Assembly: GCF_016433145.1 (NCBI RefSeq)
Contig: NC_058130.1
Coordinates: forward strand, 615,369,412-615,433,411
DNA length: 64,000 bases
DNA from: Gracilinanus agilis
Taxonomy: Eukaryota
Direction: 5' to 3'
Of the stretch, positions 1 to 13,329 are shown piece after piece. How positions within the stretch are numbered: the first letter of the stretch is position 1; each line of letters begins with the position of its first letter. The position numbers were made by a program, and so were the translations under genes. Below the pieces are notes generated by a model that was not told the DNA's origin, made no database searches, and saw nothing but the letters and a program-made list of their open reading frames with translations.

Positions 1-499
1 GCTAGCAAGATCTCATTGAGTAGGGACAAAGCTTTGTTTAAATGAGCAGACTAGAATCTCTTCTACTTGCAAATAACCCCAAAGAACTTAAATAATTGAT
101 CCTGTTGACACTGGGATATAGAGGTCTCTTGTACAACCCACCTTCCATAGCTAAAGGCTCCTAATAACATAAAGAAAAACTCAATTGCATGGCTTGAGCA
201 TCCATGTTTAATATGTGCAAATCATTCACTATACCAGTTCTCTGTACCAGGATGTAGGGGAAAAAAATATGCCACTGTTACTATGGGTAATGAACTCCAG
301 GTAATTTAAGAAACAAAAATAAAGCTATAAAAGAACCCAGAGGTGTTGCAGACAAACCAAGTCAGGTGAAGCAACTCTGATATTTCAAGTGACTTAAAAT
401 AATGGTTTTAGTTGACATAGGTATAAATAACTTGAAACCCTTCTTTCAGCCCCTGTAAGTCAGCATCTTCTTTCTTCTATTGTTACTTTACATAGCTCT

Positions 500-1780
500 T
501 CTCAGTTAGAAGCCTGAGAGGTATCTATTCTTGAACTAAAAGAAGTTTCTACCTTCATCATATAAAAGGTTATTCTATGTTTAGAACTGAAATAGAGGAT
601 CCTTTTGATGAGAAGTTGCCAATATTAAGTAAGAGAGAGACATGGGTATGTTTATAGGTAGCAGGGAGGAAACTAGAAAGTAGAGAAAGAGAGATACTGG
701 AGACAATCTGATGGAGAAAATGAGAGAAGATGGAATGAAGCCTACAAATGTTGGAACGGTTGACCTTGGCAAGAAGAGCCACCTTTGCCCCTGTAGGGGA
801 GAATAGAATGTCTTAGTGATAGAAGAGGAAGCTTTTTTTTTTTTACTTTATTTATTTAAACCCTTAACTTCTGTGTATTGGCTCATAGGTGGAGGAGTGG
901 TAAGGGTGGGCAATGGGGGTCAAGTGACTTGCCCAGGGTCACAAAGCTGGGAAGTGTCTGAGGCCAGATTTGAACCTAGGACCTCCCATCTCCAGGCCTG
1001 ACTCTCAATCCACTGAGCTACCCAGCTGCCCCCGAAGAGGAAGCTTTTAGTGAATAACATTAGAGGGTGTTTTTTTTTTTGTTGTTTTTTTTTAAGTGTA
1101 AGTTGAGGTCTTTAGCAGAAAGATGTGATGAGAGGCTTGAGGAGAAATTAAAAAAAAAATTGCTATAGTCACCATAATGAGTGGAGTAGCAAATCAGGAA
1201 CATACAAAAAGGATTGCCTTTCTTCAGTAAGAGCCCAGTTCCAATTAGGTATACTCAATCAACACAGCTCCATGATTTTCTTCATCTATTAAGCAGCATG
1301 TGAATAGTAGTGAAGAAGGTGACTATGGGAGTAATCTCTTCTTGGAGTTAGGCAAGATATGATGAACAGTAGGAAAAAAGGCATTTGAGAGTAGAATTGA
1401 ACTGATTAACCAAGGAGTTGCATTAGGGGAGGGAGAATAATGTAGCCAGAGCAGGGTGATGACTTACAAAAAAAACTGAAAGGTGGTAACTAACAAGAGG
1501 ACATGAGGAGTGGCAAATAACAGGGATAAAAATTATAAAGTTGAGAAAAAGATGGAATGATAAAAGACTGTGATCAGTTTAGGAATTTCAGGGTTCAAGA
1601 ACACTTGTGGATGATGGCCAAAACAGTTACTGTGTATAGCTGAAGTAACTTGTGGAAATTGAATAGATTGAGGAACTGGAAAGTTAAGATATTTAAGGGA
1701 GTGTCAACAATATATATGTTGAAGCCACTGGGATGATGGCAGTAGTTAAGGACAAGAGGAGGAAGGGGGAGACATTCTTT
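500..1780 (-). mobile_element. L2 LINE ORF2 fragment, interrupted by a SINE at 837-1033
   Basis: Purine-rich reverse-complement L2-like sequence on both sides of the SINE. Boundaries approximate. Confidence 0.6.
837..1033 (-). mobile_element. Young opossum tRNA/CORE SINE (SINE1_Mdo-like), full length
   Basis: The reverse complement starts GGGGCAGCTGGGTAGCTCAGTGGATTGAGAG and ends in an A-rich tail. Perfect 15-bp TSD gaagaggaagctttt at 822-836 and 1034-1048. Confidence 0.92.
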
Positions 1781-3852
1781 GTTAGCTTTCTTTCATTTTT
1801 AGTTTTACTACCTAATTAAATCTTGAATTGGTTCTCAATTAATACCACTGTGTGGTTTGTGTAGCCTACAGAACTTCATCAAAATAATTGTGGTTATCTG
1901 ACCCCTCTGTAATGCCCCCAAGGACAACCAGAAGCAATTATGAGTTTGTGAATGCTTGAATTTTTTTTTAGACTTTTGAAATAAAATTGATTATTCATAA
2001 TGATTGAATATACTTATACTTTCTAATAGACTTCTTATTTTTATTAGGATCGTATCATTTTGCCTGATTGCCTAGTAATGATTTTGAAAAACTGGTAAAA
2101 TTTAATTGAAAGTATTCATTATATTAACTCTTTTAAATGTGAAACTTTGAAAGCAAGTTTTCCAACACCTACTTTGGGGGACAAAAACAATAAAAAAATA
2201 TTCAGAGCAACAATTTTTATGGCTAAAAGTACCAAACAAAGCTAATGACCTAAGTTTTGAAAACTCCAATGTATTATTATTATTATGGATGTTTGAGGAA
2301 AAAAGTATTAGATTTTTTTCTCTAATTACTAACTGACTTCAGTAAATGCTTGTAGGTTACAAGTACCTGAAGTTTTCATCTGAAAAGCCTTTGAACTCTT
2401 CTGTAGTTGACCAGACTCAGGCTGCTTTTTGTGTGTAAAATAGAATTAGACTATTTGAAGACTGCTTTAATAAGAGCAGTGGAAAACTTACCCCCTCTGA
2501 TAGTGTGATTCATAAGAATAGTTGAATATCATTTGTATAATTTAGAGAATGAAAAGTAATTTTAGAATGTTATGCTCCCCATACCACAAACCTCACATTC
2601 TCAGGTAGTAGAATTTTGCATGTATATCAACTTACCTAATTAAGTAAAAAAAACTGGATCATTTCAATCCATCCAAAATAATAACTCACATTTTTATTGT
2701 GCTTTGAGATTTACAAAACATTTTCCTCATTAACAAGCCTGCATCATGGGTAAGTCACATTATTATCCCCACTCTATAGAGGAACCAAACTGTCTTGGTT
2801 AGACTGTAAATGTCATAGCCAGTTTGAGAATTTCTAAACTTAAGATCCCAAGTTCAGTATAGGTCCCTATGACAACTGCCTATGTTAGTAAAAGTGATGC
2901 TTTGAGGATGCTGGCTCTTTCAGCTGGTCCTTTTCTGTATTATCATCTCTCTTCCTCCATTCTGATCATCTCATTTAGTTTCTAGGAATGTCATAATAAT
3001 CCATCACTACTATTTATCCATGAAAATAGAAAGCTTGTAGCCATTAATAATAGAATGTTATTTGATGGTGCATTTTTTAAATATCTCATGTGACAAAATA
3101 AAGAAAAAAAGTGCTTATAGAAAACACTATTCACAATAAACAGTGGGAGAGAGGGACATGGAGACAATATGCAAAAACTTCCACCTATTTCATTCAGTGT
3201 TATTGTGACTCATGTACTTAGTGAGCTTACAAACTGTGCTCTTAATATCATGAATGAGTGAATAAATGAATATCATTTTCTACTACCACCTGTCCACAGG
3301 TAGTATTGAGAGATGGCTATCATTGACTAGTAAGTACTTTTATGAAAGAAGTCTAATGCATCTCTGAAAATAAAAGTCAGGGCTGCTCATCTGCCATAGA
3401 GTGAAATTAGGAATATCATCCTTTAGTAGCATATCATTAGAGTAACTGTTTTGGATGGGGCTTAGAGACATCTTAAATAGGGTAGACATCTAAATGATAG
3501 TCTGCTATAGAGGTGAGGATAATACTTTTTTTCTTAAATGCCTTAATTTGGGTGTATTCTGCTGTTCCACAGGTATACTGATACTGGTTCTACTGATTTC
3601 ATAGTATTGGTCAAAGCCTTATCAGGCTGGTCTATAGAGTCAGAAGACAGAGACCAGGAAACTCTTCAGCAAAGACAGGACCTGCAAAACACTATGAGGA
3701 AAAAAAAAGCCAAAGCACATAACTAGGTTATGGACCATGAGACTTGAAGTCAGAGGGGCAGAAAGTGGTAGGTCAAAACCAGGATTTAAAAAAAAAAGTA
3801 TGAATCAGATGAAGGGTCCAGGGTGAGATGAAGAAGTTCAGTATCAAGGTGG

Positions 3853-4097
3853 GAGCTTGGTGCAGTAGATAGAATACTGGATTTGGAGCCAAGAAGAAAT
3901 AAGTTCAAATCTCACCTTAGTTATTTACTAGTTGTATGATCTTGAGCATGTGACGTAATCTCTCTCAGCCATAGTTTACTCATCCATAAAAGGGGGATAC
4001 CAGTAATACCAACCTTAGAAGGTTATTGTGAGAGTCAAAGAGATAATAAAAGTACTTTGCAAACCCTTAAAGTGCCTAGAGATGCTAGCTTTTGTTA
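3853..4097 (+). mobile_element. MIR SINE, near full length
   Basis: tRNA-like head, CORE-like segment (ctcagccatagtttactcatccataaaa) and MIR tail (ttattgtgagagtcaaa...tgctagcttttgttat). Confidence 0.75.
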
Positions 4098-4619
4098 TAG
4101 AGTGCTCTCGGTACGCTATAGTTAATGTTTTACAGACATATATGCATACTTGTTGGGTTAACTTCCCCCTACCATTTCTAGACTGATGAAGTTGACCCAG
4201 CCCTGCCTCTCCATCTAAATTCTCAAATGGATAGCTCCCTTCTGCCATCCTTATTCTCCATGACAACTTTTTCTAAGTAGGCATTTCATGACTGTTCCAA
4301 GAGTTGTCAGGTTTTCATCTTAAGTGTTGAGCATAATATAAGTACTATCTTTCTATCCCATTCAAATTGTTTCTCTCTCACAGACATAGAAAAGTTTTGT
4401 TTTTTTCATACATTTTCATTTGTGTCTTTTGTTTTTTCCATCACCAACATTTTCCATTGTGCTCCTACATGTCCCCTCTCAGTAAACCATCCTTTATAAC
4501 AAAGAATTTTTCAAAAGAAACATAGAACTAGAAGGAAAAGTAGATGCTCATTAATTGGGATATGCCTAAACAAATTGTAGTCCATAAATGGAATGAAATG
4601 CCATGATGCTATAAAAATG

Positions 4620-4788
4620 ACAATTCAATTCAGTAAACATTTATTAAGCCCTACTATGTACTAGGCACTGTATTGGCAACAAGTGGTAGAGATACTAATA
4701 ATAAAAAGAAAGACAATTCCTACCCTCAAGGACCTTATAATCTAATGGGAGAAGTCAACAAACAAAAGGAAACTGGAAAGAGTGGAAT
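4620..4788 (-). mobile_element. L2 3' end
   Basis: attcagtaaacatttattaagccctactatgtactaggcactg is the reverse complement of the L2 terminus. Confidence 0.75.
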
Positions 4789-5409
4789 AGGGGAGTCAAG
4801 ATGGCTGCTTAGGAACAGCAAAAACTAAGCCTCTTTGACTATCCATACCAGTCTTTAAAAAGCACTTCAAAAAGACAATAACAAGATGGAATCACAGGAC
4901 TCTCCTACTGAACACAACTTGAAAGGTATGCACAACTTGAAAGAGAGAGTCGATTTCTACAATATAAGGGGGAGATCAGAAACAAGACTGGCCTCGCCAA
5001 ACCAACCACCCAAACTGTTCCCCAACTACAGAGATAACACCTGCAATTGGACATGGACTGACTTTGGGATCACGGGGTGGAAGCTGCAACCATGAAGGAG
5101 CTCCTCAGACCTACCACTTGAGGTCCCACGCTGTGAGGACAGAGAGAGAATGAGTAAACAGGAAAAAAAAAAAAGAAAGAAAGTAATGATTTTCTACAGG
5201 GATAAAGCAAAGTACAGAACCAACAGAGGGTGACAGGATCCAGGGAACTTTGAGCAAAACCTAAAAAAAAACCTGGGAATTGGACAGGCTCAGGAAGAGC
5301 TCAAAAAGGAATTCAAAAATCAAATAAGTCTGGGTTGAAGAAAAATAGAAAAAAGAAAACAGCTTAAAAAACAAAATTGGTCATCTGGAAAAAGAGGCAC
5401 ATGAATTAA
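4789..5409 (+). mobile_element. L1 5'UTR plus degenerate start of ORF1; remainder of the element absent
   Basis: Starts ggggagtcaagatggctg, an L1 5'-end motif. ATG at 5150 gives MSKQEKKK, and a frameshifted QAQEELKKEFKNQI coiled-coil follows, resembling marsupial L1 ORF1p. Confidence 0.8.
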
Positions 5410-5750
5410 TGGAAAGGGTAGAATGGGATAGGGAAGAATGTTAGGGGATTCTCAGAGCAGGGATATTTTGTTCCATGGAGATCAGCCCAAGCAGAGCTGC
5501 AAATGGAATATGGAGTAAGTATGATGAATATACTGAGACACATGGAAAGACTTTATATGAACTAATTTAAACTGAAATAAGCAAAGCCAGGAAATTACTA
5601 ATCACAACACTGTAAATCAGGGATTCTTAGCCTGGGGTCCAAAGACAACCATTACATACAGCTTACTATTTTTAAAGTATAGAATAAATTCAGCATATTA
5701 ATTCTAAAGTTGTGCTAGTGAAACTTTTTTTCTATTCTCTCTTATGAATT

Positions 5751-5949
5751 TTTTTAAAACCTTTGTCTTCCATCTTAAAATCTATTTTATATATTGGCTC
5801 CACAGCAGAAGAACAGTAAGGGCTAGGCAATGGATGTTAAGTGACTTGCCCAGGGTCACACAGCTGGGAAGTGTTCTGACACCAGATTTGAACCCAGGAC
5901 CTCCCATTCCCAGGCCTGGCTTTCTATCCACCAAGCCACCTAGTTGCCC
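5751..5949 (-). mobile_element. Older marsupial tRNA/CORE SINE
   Basis: Diverged copy of the same SINE consensus. Degenerate TSD cttatgaatttt / cttgtgagtttt. Confidence 0.85.
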
Positions 5950-5959
5950 ACTTGTGAGT

Positions 5960-6810
5960 TTTAAAAAATAATTTAATAACTGCCTTTTCTTTTTCTTCCC
6001 ACTACTCTCACTAATCCCCTATTGCTTCTTAAATCCCTCTCTCAGATTCTTTAGCCCCTTCCTTTGTAACAAGCAAATATAGTTTAGTGACATGAATCCA
6101 CACACTGGACAGATCTGAAAATGTATGTTTCAATATGTACCTTGACTCTATCACCTCTGATGAGAAATGCAGGTAGTTTGCTTCATTGTCAATCCTTCAG
6201 AGTGGTAGTTAGGCATTGCATTGATCAGAATTCTTAAAGCTTTCAAAGTTGTTTTTCTTTACAGTGTCTTCTAGTCAAATTTCTTATGCCATGATATTGC
6301 TCCATTATAGTCTTCTTACATATTTATTTTATCATTATTTAATCAATAGCCACTTAAGTTTTCAGTCCTTTGCTATAATAGAAGATGCTGTTATGGACAT
6401 TTCTGTAAATATTTACTCTTTTCCACTTTCTCTAATCTCTTTGGCATACATATCTTGTAATAGTACCCCTGGCTCAAAAGTTTGCAAATTCAAGTGCCTT
6501 TTTGGACATATTTCCAAATTACTTTCCAGGAGAGTTGAGCCAATTTACATCTCCAGGAAAATGTACTTGTGTATTAGTATATTTGTTCATTTTCTTCTTT
6601 TGTCATTTTTTTCCAATCTTACAGAAAGAAAGTAGACCCTCTAAGTTGTTTTAATTTGCATTTCTCTTGTGTTTAGTGGTTTCAAGCATTTTCCTTATGG
6701 TCACTGGGAATTGCCTATTTATATCCTTTAACCTTTTATCTTTTGGAAATAGCACTTGTTCTTATACATTTAAATCAGCTCTCTGTATTTCTTGGTTCTA
6801 GAACTTTTTT
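5960..6810 (-). mobile_element. Old L1 ORF2 3' end / 3'UTR fragment
   Basis: Typical antisense L1 text (ttttcagtcctttgctataatagaagatgctgttatggacatt; gagccaatttacatctcc). Explains ORF 6249-6635. Confidence 0.7.
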
Positions 6811-7234
6811 CAGTGAAACCTTAACCTTTCTTTTTAACTCTTCTGTTTAAAGATTTCCCCCAAACAGGATTTTATAAAACCCTGAAAAATGATTCAAATT
6901 ATGGACACTCTTATTCTGTATCCCATTCACCCTCTCTCATTGTAAACTCATTCTTTTTTTGTAAATTCTTTGTTCAGTTAAATGTTTGTGTCCCTGGCAA
7001 CTGAACTTAATTTGGTGCCCTAAACTACCAGGAATTAATTCACCCTTTTTGTCCTTGTATCCCTAGAGCCTAAGACAGTCACTTGGCAGGCAGTACATCC
7101 TTAAATTCTTGTTGATTAATTGATAGGTGCTTAGAATGTCTTTTCAATGAAATAAAACCAGAACTTGTAAATGCAAAGCAAGAAAGGAGGACATACTGAC
7201 CTTGAAAGATTTTTGAGCTGAAACTAGTTATTCA

Positions 7235-7314
7235 CAGGGTATCTTAAAACTGCACTAAGCTTAATTTTAAGCTTGAATTGCTTAAAACTGTGCTAAAATT
7301 TTTGGGATAAACTA
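7235..7314. mobile_element. Decayed palindromic Tc1/Mariner MITE (MARWOLEN1-like)
   Basis: cagggtatc...cttaaaactgtgctaaaatttttgggata, resembling a CAGGGTGTCCCAAAAGTCTTAGTGCAGTTTTAAG hairpin element. A second copy lies at 59389. Confidence 0.55.
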
Positions 7315-7603
7315 TAAACATGGTCCCTGTTATGCCTAATCTCTTTTACTAAGGTGATGGGGATACTGTGTGATGTAGTGAAAAGAACATTAGATTTGGA
7401 GTCCAAGAATATGGATTCAAATGCTAGTGGCTATGTCACTACCTGTGTAATTTTGAGCAAGTCATTTAATATTTAAATTTAAAAGTATTTAGTCTGTGTA
7501 AGGAGAGAGTTGAACCAGATGATTTATAAATTCCAAATCTTTGATCCTGTGATTTTTTTTTCAAAAAACAACATGTGAGGGACTATATATAATCTTATGT
7601 GTA

Positions 7604-7808
7604 GGGGAAGCTAAGTGACTCAGTAAATAGAACCAGACCTAGAAGAAGGGAGATCCTGTGTTGGCCTCAGGTACTAACTATGTGACCTGGCCTTTTAAAG
7701 TCATTTAACCCAAGTTACCTATTCCTTACCATTTTTCTGCTTTGGAACCAATATGAAGTATCAATTTCTAAGACAGAAGAAGTTTTTAAAAACAAAAAAC
7801 AAAAAAAA
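7604..7808 (+). mobile_element. Older marsupial tRNA/CORE SINE
   Basis: ggggaagctaagtgactcagt...ggaaccaatatgaagtatcaatttctaagacagaag followed by an A-rich tail. Confidence 0.8.
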
Positions 7809-9249
7809 CCTCGTGTGGGACCTATTCAAAACCTTAAGATTTTTATTAAATATGAATTTTAACACTTTTTTGACTGATACTTCTAGTAACACATAAAATT
7901 CATCATAATAGCAATATTGCTGTGACCACAGTAATTAATTCTAATCCTGGACTTTTTAAACAGCTTTGTATAACAGGTTTATATTTCAGCTACACAATTA
8001 TTAACGGGATTGTTTTCCTGAATTCTCATAACCCTGGGGAATTAAGGGGAAAGCCAGTGTTTACTTTCATTGGACTCTGTAGTTTTTATTCCCCTTTTAG
8101 AATGGAAGAAAAAGGTATAGCCCCTTTGTGTAAGGCTGCTGGTGGGTTTTTTGCCTTTTCTTTTATATTTTAATTCATCAGCCTAAAGGAGTAGGTTTTC
8201 AAAACCTTGGAATTCAGATAAAGAGAGTATGTTTGATTTACACTTTAGTCTAAGAATCTTTAACTCCTGCTAGAGAATTAGAGAACTGTGGACCTCAGTA
8301 TATTCTCTATACCTGAGGCAGTGAATTTTTGACTTACTGTGGGGAAGACCAATCTTGACCAAATATATTTGCCTATCTAAAGCTAAAAAAAAAGCACTTG
8401 CTTACCACAAGCTGGTGAGGCAAAGAGTACAAGTATTATCACTATTTTACAGTTGAGGAACTGAAGCTTAATGGACTTATCACACACTACCACTCACTGT
8501 GCTCTGGGTCACTTCTATTTGATCCCTCCAACCAGGCCCTTTCTTTTCACATGGGAAAACCAGGAACTTGGATTCAGTAATGCTATACAATTCTAGAATC
8601 TGATGAGACCTCATTCTGGTTCTCCTATGCTGATGCCAACATGAGAAGACACTACAATCAAAAATCTAACCCCAATCCCTTTCCACTGGCTCAGACTTAG
8701 TCTGCCTGCACAGCCTTAGACATACATGGATTCTCTCAACATTCAACGTTGTATGCTAATTCTAATTCTTCATCAGTCCACAAATTAAACTTCCTTTTAC
8801 CTAGACAAAAGCCAGCTTCTCATAGAATGGTCTGATTAGCATAGATGGCATATCTCAGTGCCTGTAAGTCCCACAAAATTATAGGCAGTCTCATTTCCAG
8901 AGCCTCTGGAAAATAACTACTCATACTTTCAGATGTGCAAGTCCAATACAACAGAGATTAAGTGACTTGCCCAGAGTCTATTATTGGACTAAGGACTCAT
9001 ATCCAACTTTCTTGACTCCATTATTATATTTCCAGCTCCCTGGGAGAGGATTTCTATTGGAAGGAAGTCAATGGTTTCTAGTCATTCATTCAAAAAAAAT
9101 TAATAAGTGCCTAGAAGGTCCTGAGACCTATGAGAAATGCAAAGTTGAAGACAGGCAATATTCTAAAAGAGCTTACAATTCAGTAGTGGAAATAACAGCT
9201 GTATCAATAACCGTGTTATAGAAGTGCATTTTAAGAAATACAAATTCTT

Positions 9250-9456
9250 GGGGGCAGCTGGGTGGCTCAGTGGATTGAGAGCCAGGCCTAGAGATGAGAG
9301 GTCCTAGGTTCAAATCTGGCCTCAGACATTTCCCAGCTATGTGACCCTGGACAAGTCACTTGACCCTCATTGCCCACCCTTACCACTCTTCCACCTAGGA
9401 GCCAATACACGGAAGTTAAAGGTTTAAAAAAAATAAAAAAATTAAAATTAAAAAAA
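9250..9456 (+). mobile_element. Young SINE1_Mdo-like SINE, full length
   Basis: 17-bp TSD aagaaatacaaattctt (9233-9249) / aagaaatacaaaatctt (9457-9473), 1 mismatch. The target site is TT/AAGA, an L1-endonuclease type site. Confidence 0.92.
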
Positions 9457-9479
9457 AAGAAATACAAAATCTTTACCAA

Positions 9480-9990
9480 GTCTTACTTCTACCTGGAGCT
9501 GGAAGAATAAGGAATGTCTTCTTGGAAGCACTGTTTTTGAGCATGACCTATGAAGGATAGATGAAATTTCCATGTAAAGATGGAGGAGAGCATCTTTAGG
9601 ACAAGGGAATGACATGAACTATGGCACAGACAGGAAATGGTCAGGATATATTTGAAAGTAGTTTAATTGGAACTTAGGAAACATGGTATTATAAATATAG
9701 TAAGAGTTAAGACTTGAAAGGTAGTAGCAGATTATGTGGGGATCCTTGGGTGCCCTGAGAAACTATTGAAAAATTTTTAGCTGAGGAATAGCATGTTCAG
9801 AGCTTTACATCAAATGACATGGAGTCTAGAGAAACTGGAGACAAGGAAACCAATGAGCAGGGGATTATATTTTTCCAGGAGAGAGGTTTTAGGACTTGAC
9901 ACAATCCAGAAGGTGGGGCAGTTGATTTGTGGAGCAGGAAAACAGAAACTACTTTCTGTATCCTAAAGAAGAGCATTAAGCTTGTAATTG
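9480..9990 (-). mobile_element. L2 fragment
   Basis: Antisense L2-like text (aaaaatttttagctgaggaatagcatgttcagagc; gactggagacaaggaaaccaat). Confidence 0.55.
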
Positions 9991-10649
9991 CCTTATAGAC
10001 AATAGATAACCAGCAGCATCCACGCTTCTGGTTCCAATAGGCTGGTTCACTGTGCTCCAGTGGCTGAAGTATATGTTTTAGGAAGAAAGCCAGCAGAGCC
10101 AAGTGAGACTTCTTTAGCAGGGCTCACTGGATCTAGAGAGCGAGATTACCAGGGTAGTTTTTCCTGCGTGTTAATGTTGATGTCAGTATTCCTCTTTGTT
10201 GTTTAGGTCCCTGGGTAAAGTCTTGAGCATTTTTCCATGCTGGGCACTGCTTAACAATAAAAACACAGAATGCATCAAAGCTTTGGCTGATGATGACTGT
10301 ATGCCAAGGTTGATGAAAAAACAGTATCTTTGAAGACTTCAGAATCCTTCCCTATCACCTTGACCTTGCCTGTGTCAGATCAGATAATGAGAACCGGAAT
10401 GAGGATGTTTACAACGTGAATGGTGCCAAGGAAATTGTTACCATAGAATTAACACATCTCAGTGAGTTATTTGAAGTGGAGGTGGGAAAAACCAAGTAGG
10501 GGAAAAGAGAAATCAAGTCAATAATACCTTGACTTCCCAACTTAGTTATTGGAGAATATTGATAAGAGTAGTAGCAATAAGAAAAGTCAGAAGAAAGAAT
10601 AGCATTAAGGAACTACGTTTTACATAATTGTTTTAACAAAATTTGATTC

Positions 10650-12290
10650 TCTAAATATTTATTGTGTCTATTAAATATAAGGCACTAATAGGTTCTGATA
10701 GTCTCTGTCTTCAAGGTGTTTAAATTCCACTGGGAGGATACAACATATAAAATGTAAAATTGAGGAAAGAGGTTGTGCAAGTAAAGGGGAAGGGGGCTGA
10801 TCAGTGAAGCCTTCCCAAAGGAGTTAACACCTGACTATCTGAGACTTGAAAGGGAGATTCTAAGAGGTAGAGATGAGGAAATGCATCAAGGCAAAGGTTA
10901 TAGATTTGGATAATGGTTAGGAATCCAGTTTGGTTGCCACATTGTTGCCACATAAAGGTTGTAAAGGAGAACACATGATATAAGTTTGAAAGATAGATAA
11001 GCAAGTATATTGTGGAAAGTACCATATGCCACATCAAGGAGTCTATATTTCCTCCGAATACCGAGTAGCCTTTCAAAGGTTTTGACCAGAAAAGTAGTTT
11101 GGTCAGACCTATGCTTTAAGATTATTTTGGAAGTTGTGTGAAGGGTGGCCTGAAAAAAGCCTAGAAGCAGGGAACCAAATTAGGAGATGATTGTCAACCA
11201 GGAGGTGATGAGAACCAGAATTAGAGTGGTAGTTGCATGAATATAGATTAGAGGGTACAGGTAAAGATCTTATGGTGGTAGAATTAGGAAGTCTGACTAC
11301 TGATTAGATACAGAAAGTATAAACAAAATGAAATAATTATAGATGTCTCTGATATTATGAACTCAAATGCCTGAGATGACATAGCAATTCTCTCAACAGA
11401 AATAAGGAAATTTGGAGAAATGACAACTGTAGTAAGGAAAATAATTACTTTTACTTTGAATATATTGTTTGAAGTGTCCAGCAGGCAGCTTATAAGTGAA
11501 TGGAGTTTAAGGGACATTGTAGGATTGAATATAAAGATTTGAAAGTCATCTAATTATGTTAATTAAACCTAAGGTAACTGATGAGAGATCTCCAAGAGAA
11601 GAGTGTATAAGGAAAAAGAAATGAGCCCAATAGATAGTGGCAGGAGATGGATAATGATCCAGAAGAGAAGAGGAGTGGTGGGAAAATGTTAAGAAAATGA
11701 GGAAAGAGCAGCATCACAAGCCAAAGGAGACAAGAGTATCCTAGAAAAGTAGATGGTCCAAAGCTGCAGAGAGGTCAAAGAGGATGAGGATATCTAAAAA
11801 GCAGTGAAAAGACTGTTGGTATCCTTGCAGAGCGCACTTTCAGTAAATGGCCACATCAGAAGCCAAATTGCATAGGATTGAGAATTATATACGTAGTAAA
11901 GAAATGGAAGCAAAAAGTCTCGACAGTCCATTTTTGAGAGTTTGGCAGTGGAAGGAAGAAAGAACAAACAGTAATATCTTGAAGAACTAATGGCAGTAAT
12001 TTTTTTTTAATGTTGGGGTAGACTTGAGCATATGTGTATGTAGCTGGGAAGGATCCAAAATATAGTAGATTTAAAATGAACAAGAAAAAGATGAGAAACA
12101 CTCCCAGAGAAATCAGAATGGGATCAAGAAAAAAGACAGAGCAGTTGGCCTTAGCAAAGAAAAGCCACTCCTTTCTAAGAGACAGGTATATAGAAGGTAG
12201 GCTGGGACAAATACATAAAGGGCTTTTGAAATATTGAGAAGGGAAAGAAAAGAAAACACATAGCAGGTGACCTCTTTTCTCAGTAAAGAT
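10650..12290 (-). mobile_element. Long L2 fragment including the 3' end
   Basis: Starts aaatatttattgtgtctattaaatataaggcact and continues through purine-rich antisense L2 ORF2 text. Confidence 0.7.
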
Positions 12291-13329
12291 ATAAGAATAT
12301 ATATGAAACAGAAAATGTTTGATGATGAGAAGCTGGTAGTAATAGTTTAGTCAATTAAGAAATAATAATCTGCATTCAGACTCAGTTCTTTCTATGGTGT
12401 TGGATAGCCTTTCCCATAAATAGTCTCTTGAAGCTGTCCTAGATCCTTGCTGTGCTGATAGTAATTAAGTCATTTGCAGTTGATCACTTACTTTATTGCT
12501 ATTACTATGTACAATGTTTTCCTGGTTCTGCTCACTTCACATTGATGCAAATATTTTAAATATAATGTTCCTGACACATAATAGGTATTAGATAAACACT
12601 TATTCCCTCCCTTGGAGAGAAGACTTTAAATCGGATTCAAATCTCCTGAGAAAGGAAGAAAGATGACCTAGAATCCAGTATGTATGTAATAGCAACAAGG
12701 ATCTGAATCAAATGATAATAAAGGTAAATGGAGTGAACCTTAAAAGAGGAAAGATTGCTAAATGATGATAACATAGAATAGGTATGTCTGGAAATAACTG
12801 TAAAAGGAGCAAGGAGTATGCCAGCTCCTTCCAGCCCATTGTAAAAAAGGACCCAAAGAAAGGACCACCATGGGTACCTGGCATATAGTGTGTCCTAGTG
12901 GGAACCAGGTTTCTGTGAACATAAAAAGATAGAAAGACTATGAAAAGAAGAGGACGACACAGTGGGAAGGGAGAGATGAAGAAGAAAGGAATTGGGAAGT
13001 GATTAGACTGAGCTTGGTGGAGAAGCATAGCAGGAAACTTTTGCACTAGGAAACAGGAATTTTTAATAATTGGAGTTAGGATAGCGGGAGGTACAAATTT
13101 GCTGACCATAGGTACCACCCTCTACCTTCAGCATCCAGCAATCCTAGAGAGCAGCTGTGTTGCAGTGTTTTCTCTCTAAACTCCAGGAAGGTGGGTTTAG
13201 TGGTGGCAGATCTGATATTTGAAATAAGATTTGGAATTTAAAATATTAAGGCAGTAATCTTGTGTTCTAGCTATTACCTTGTTCAGGATAAAAGAAAGAC
13301 GGTCCCCTTTTCCTACTGAAGAAATTCCT

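Noticed and set aside
9250-9330. tRNA-like A/B boxes at SINE heads
   Set aside because: These are SINE Pol III heads without a cloverleaf or anticodon arm; no true tRNA gene was found.
10195-10222. Possible 8-nt micro-exon (gtttag|GTCCCTGG|gtaaag)
   Set aside because: Frame-shifting, very short, weak pyrimidine tract, and no other support.
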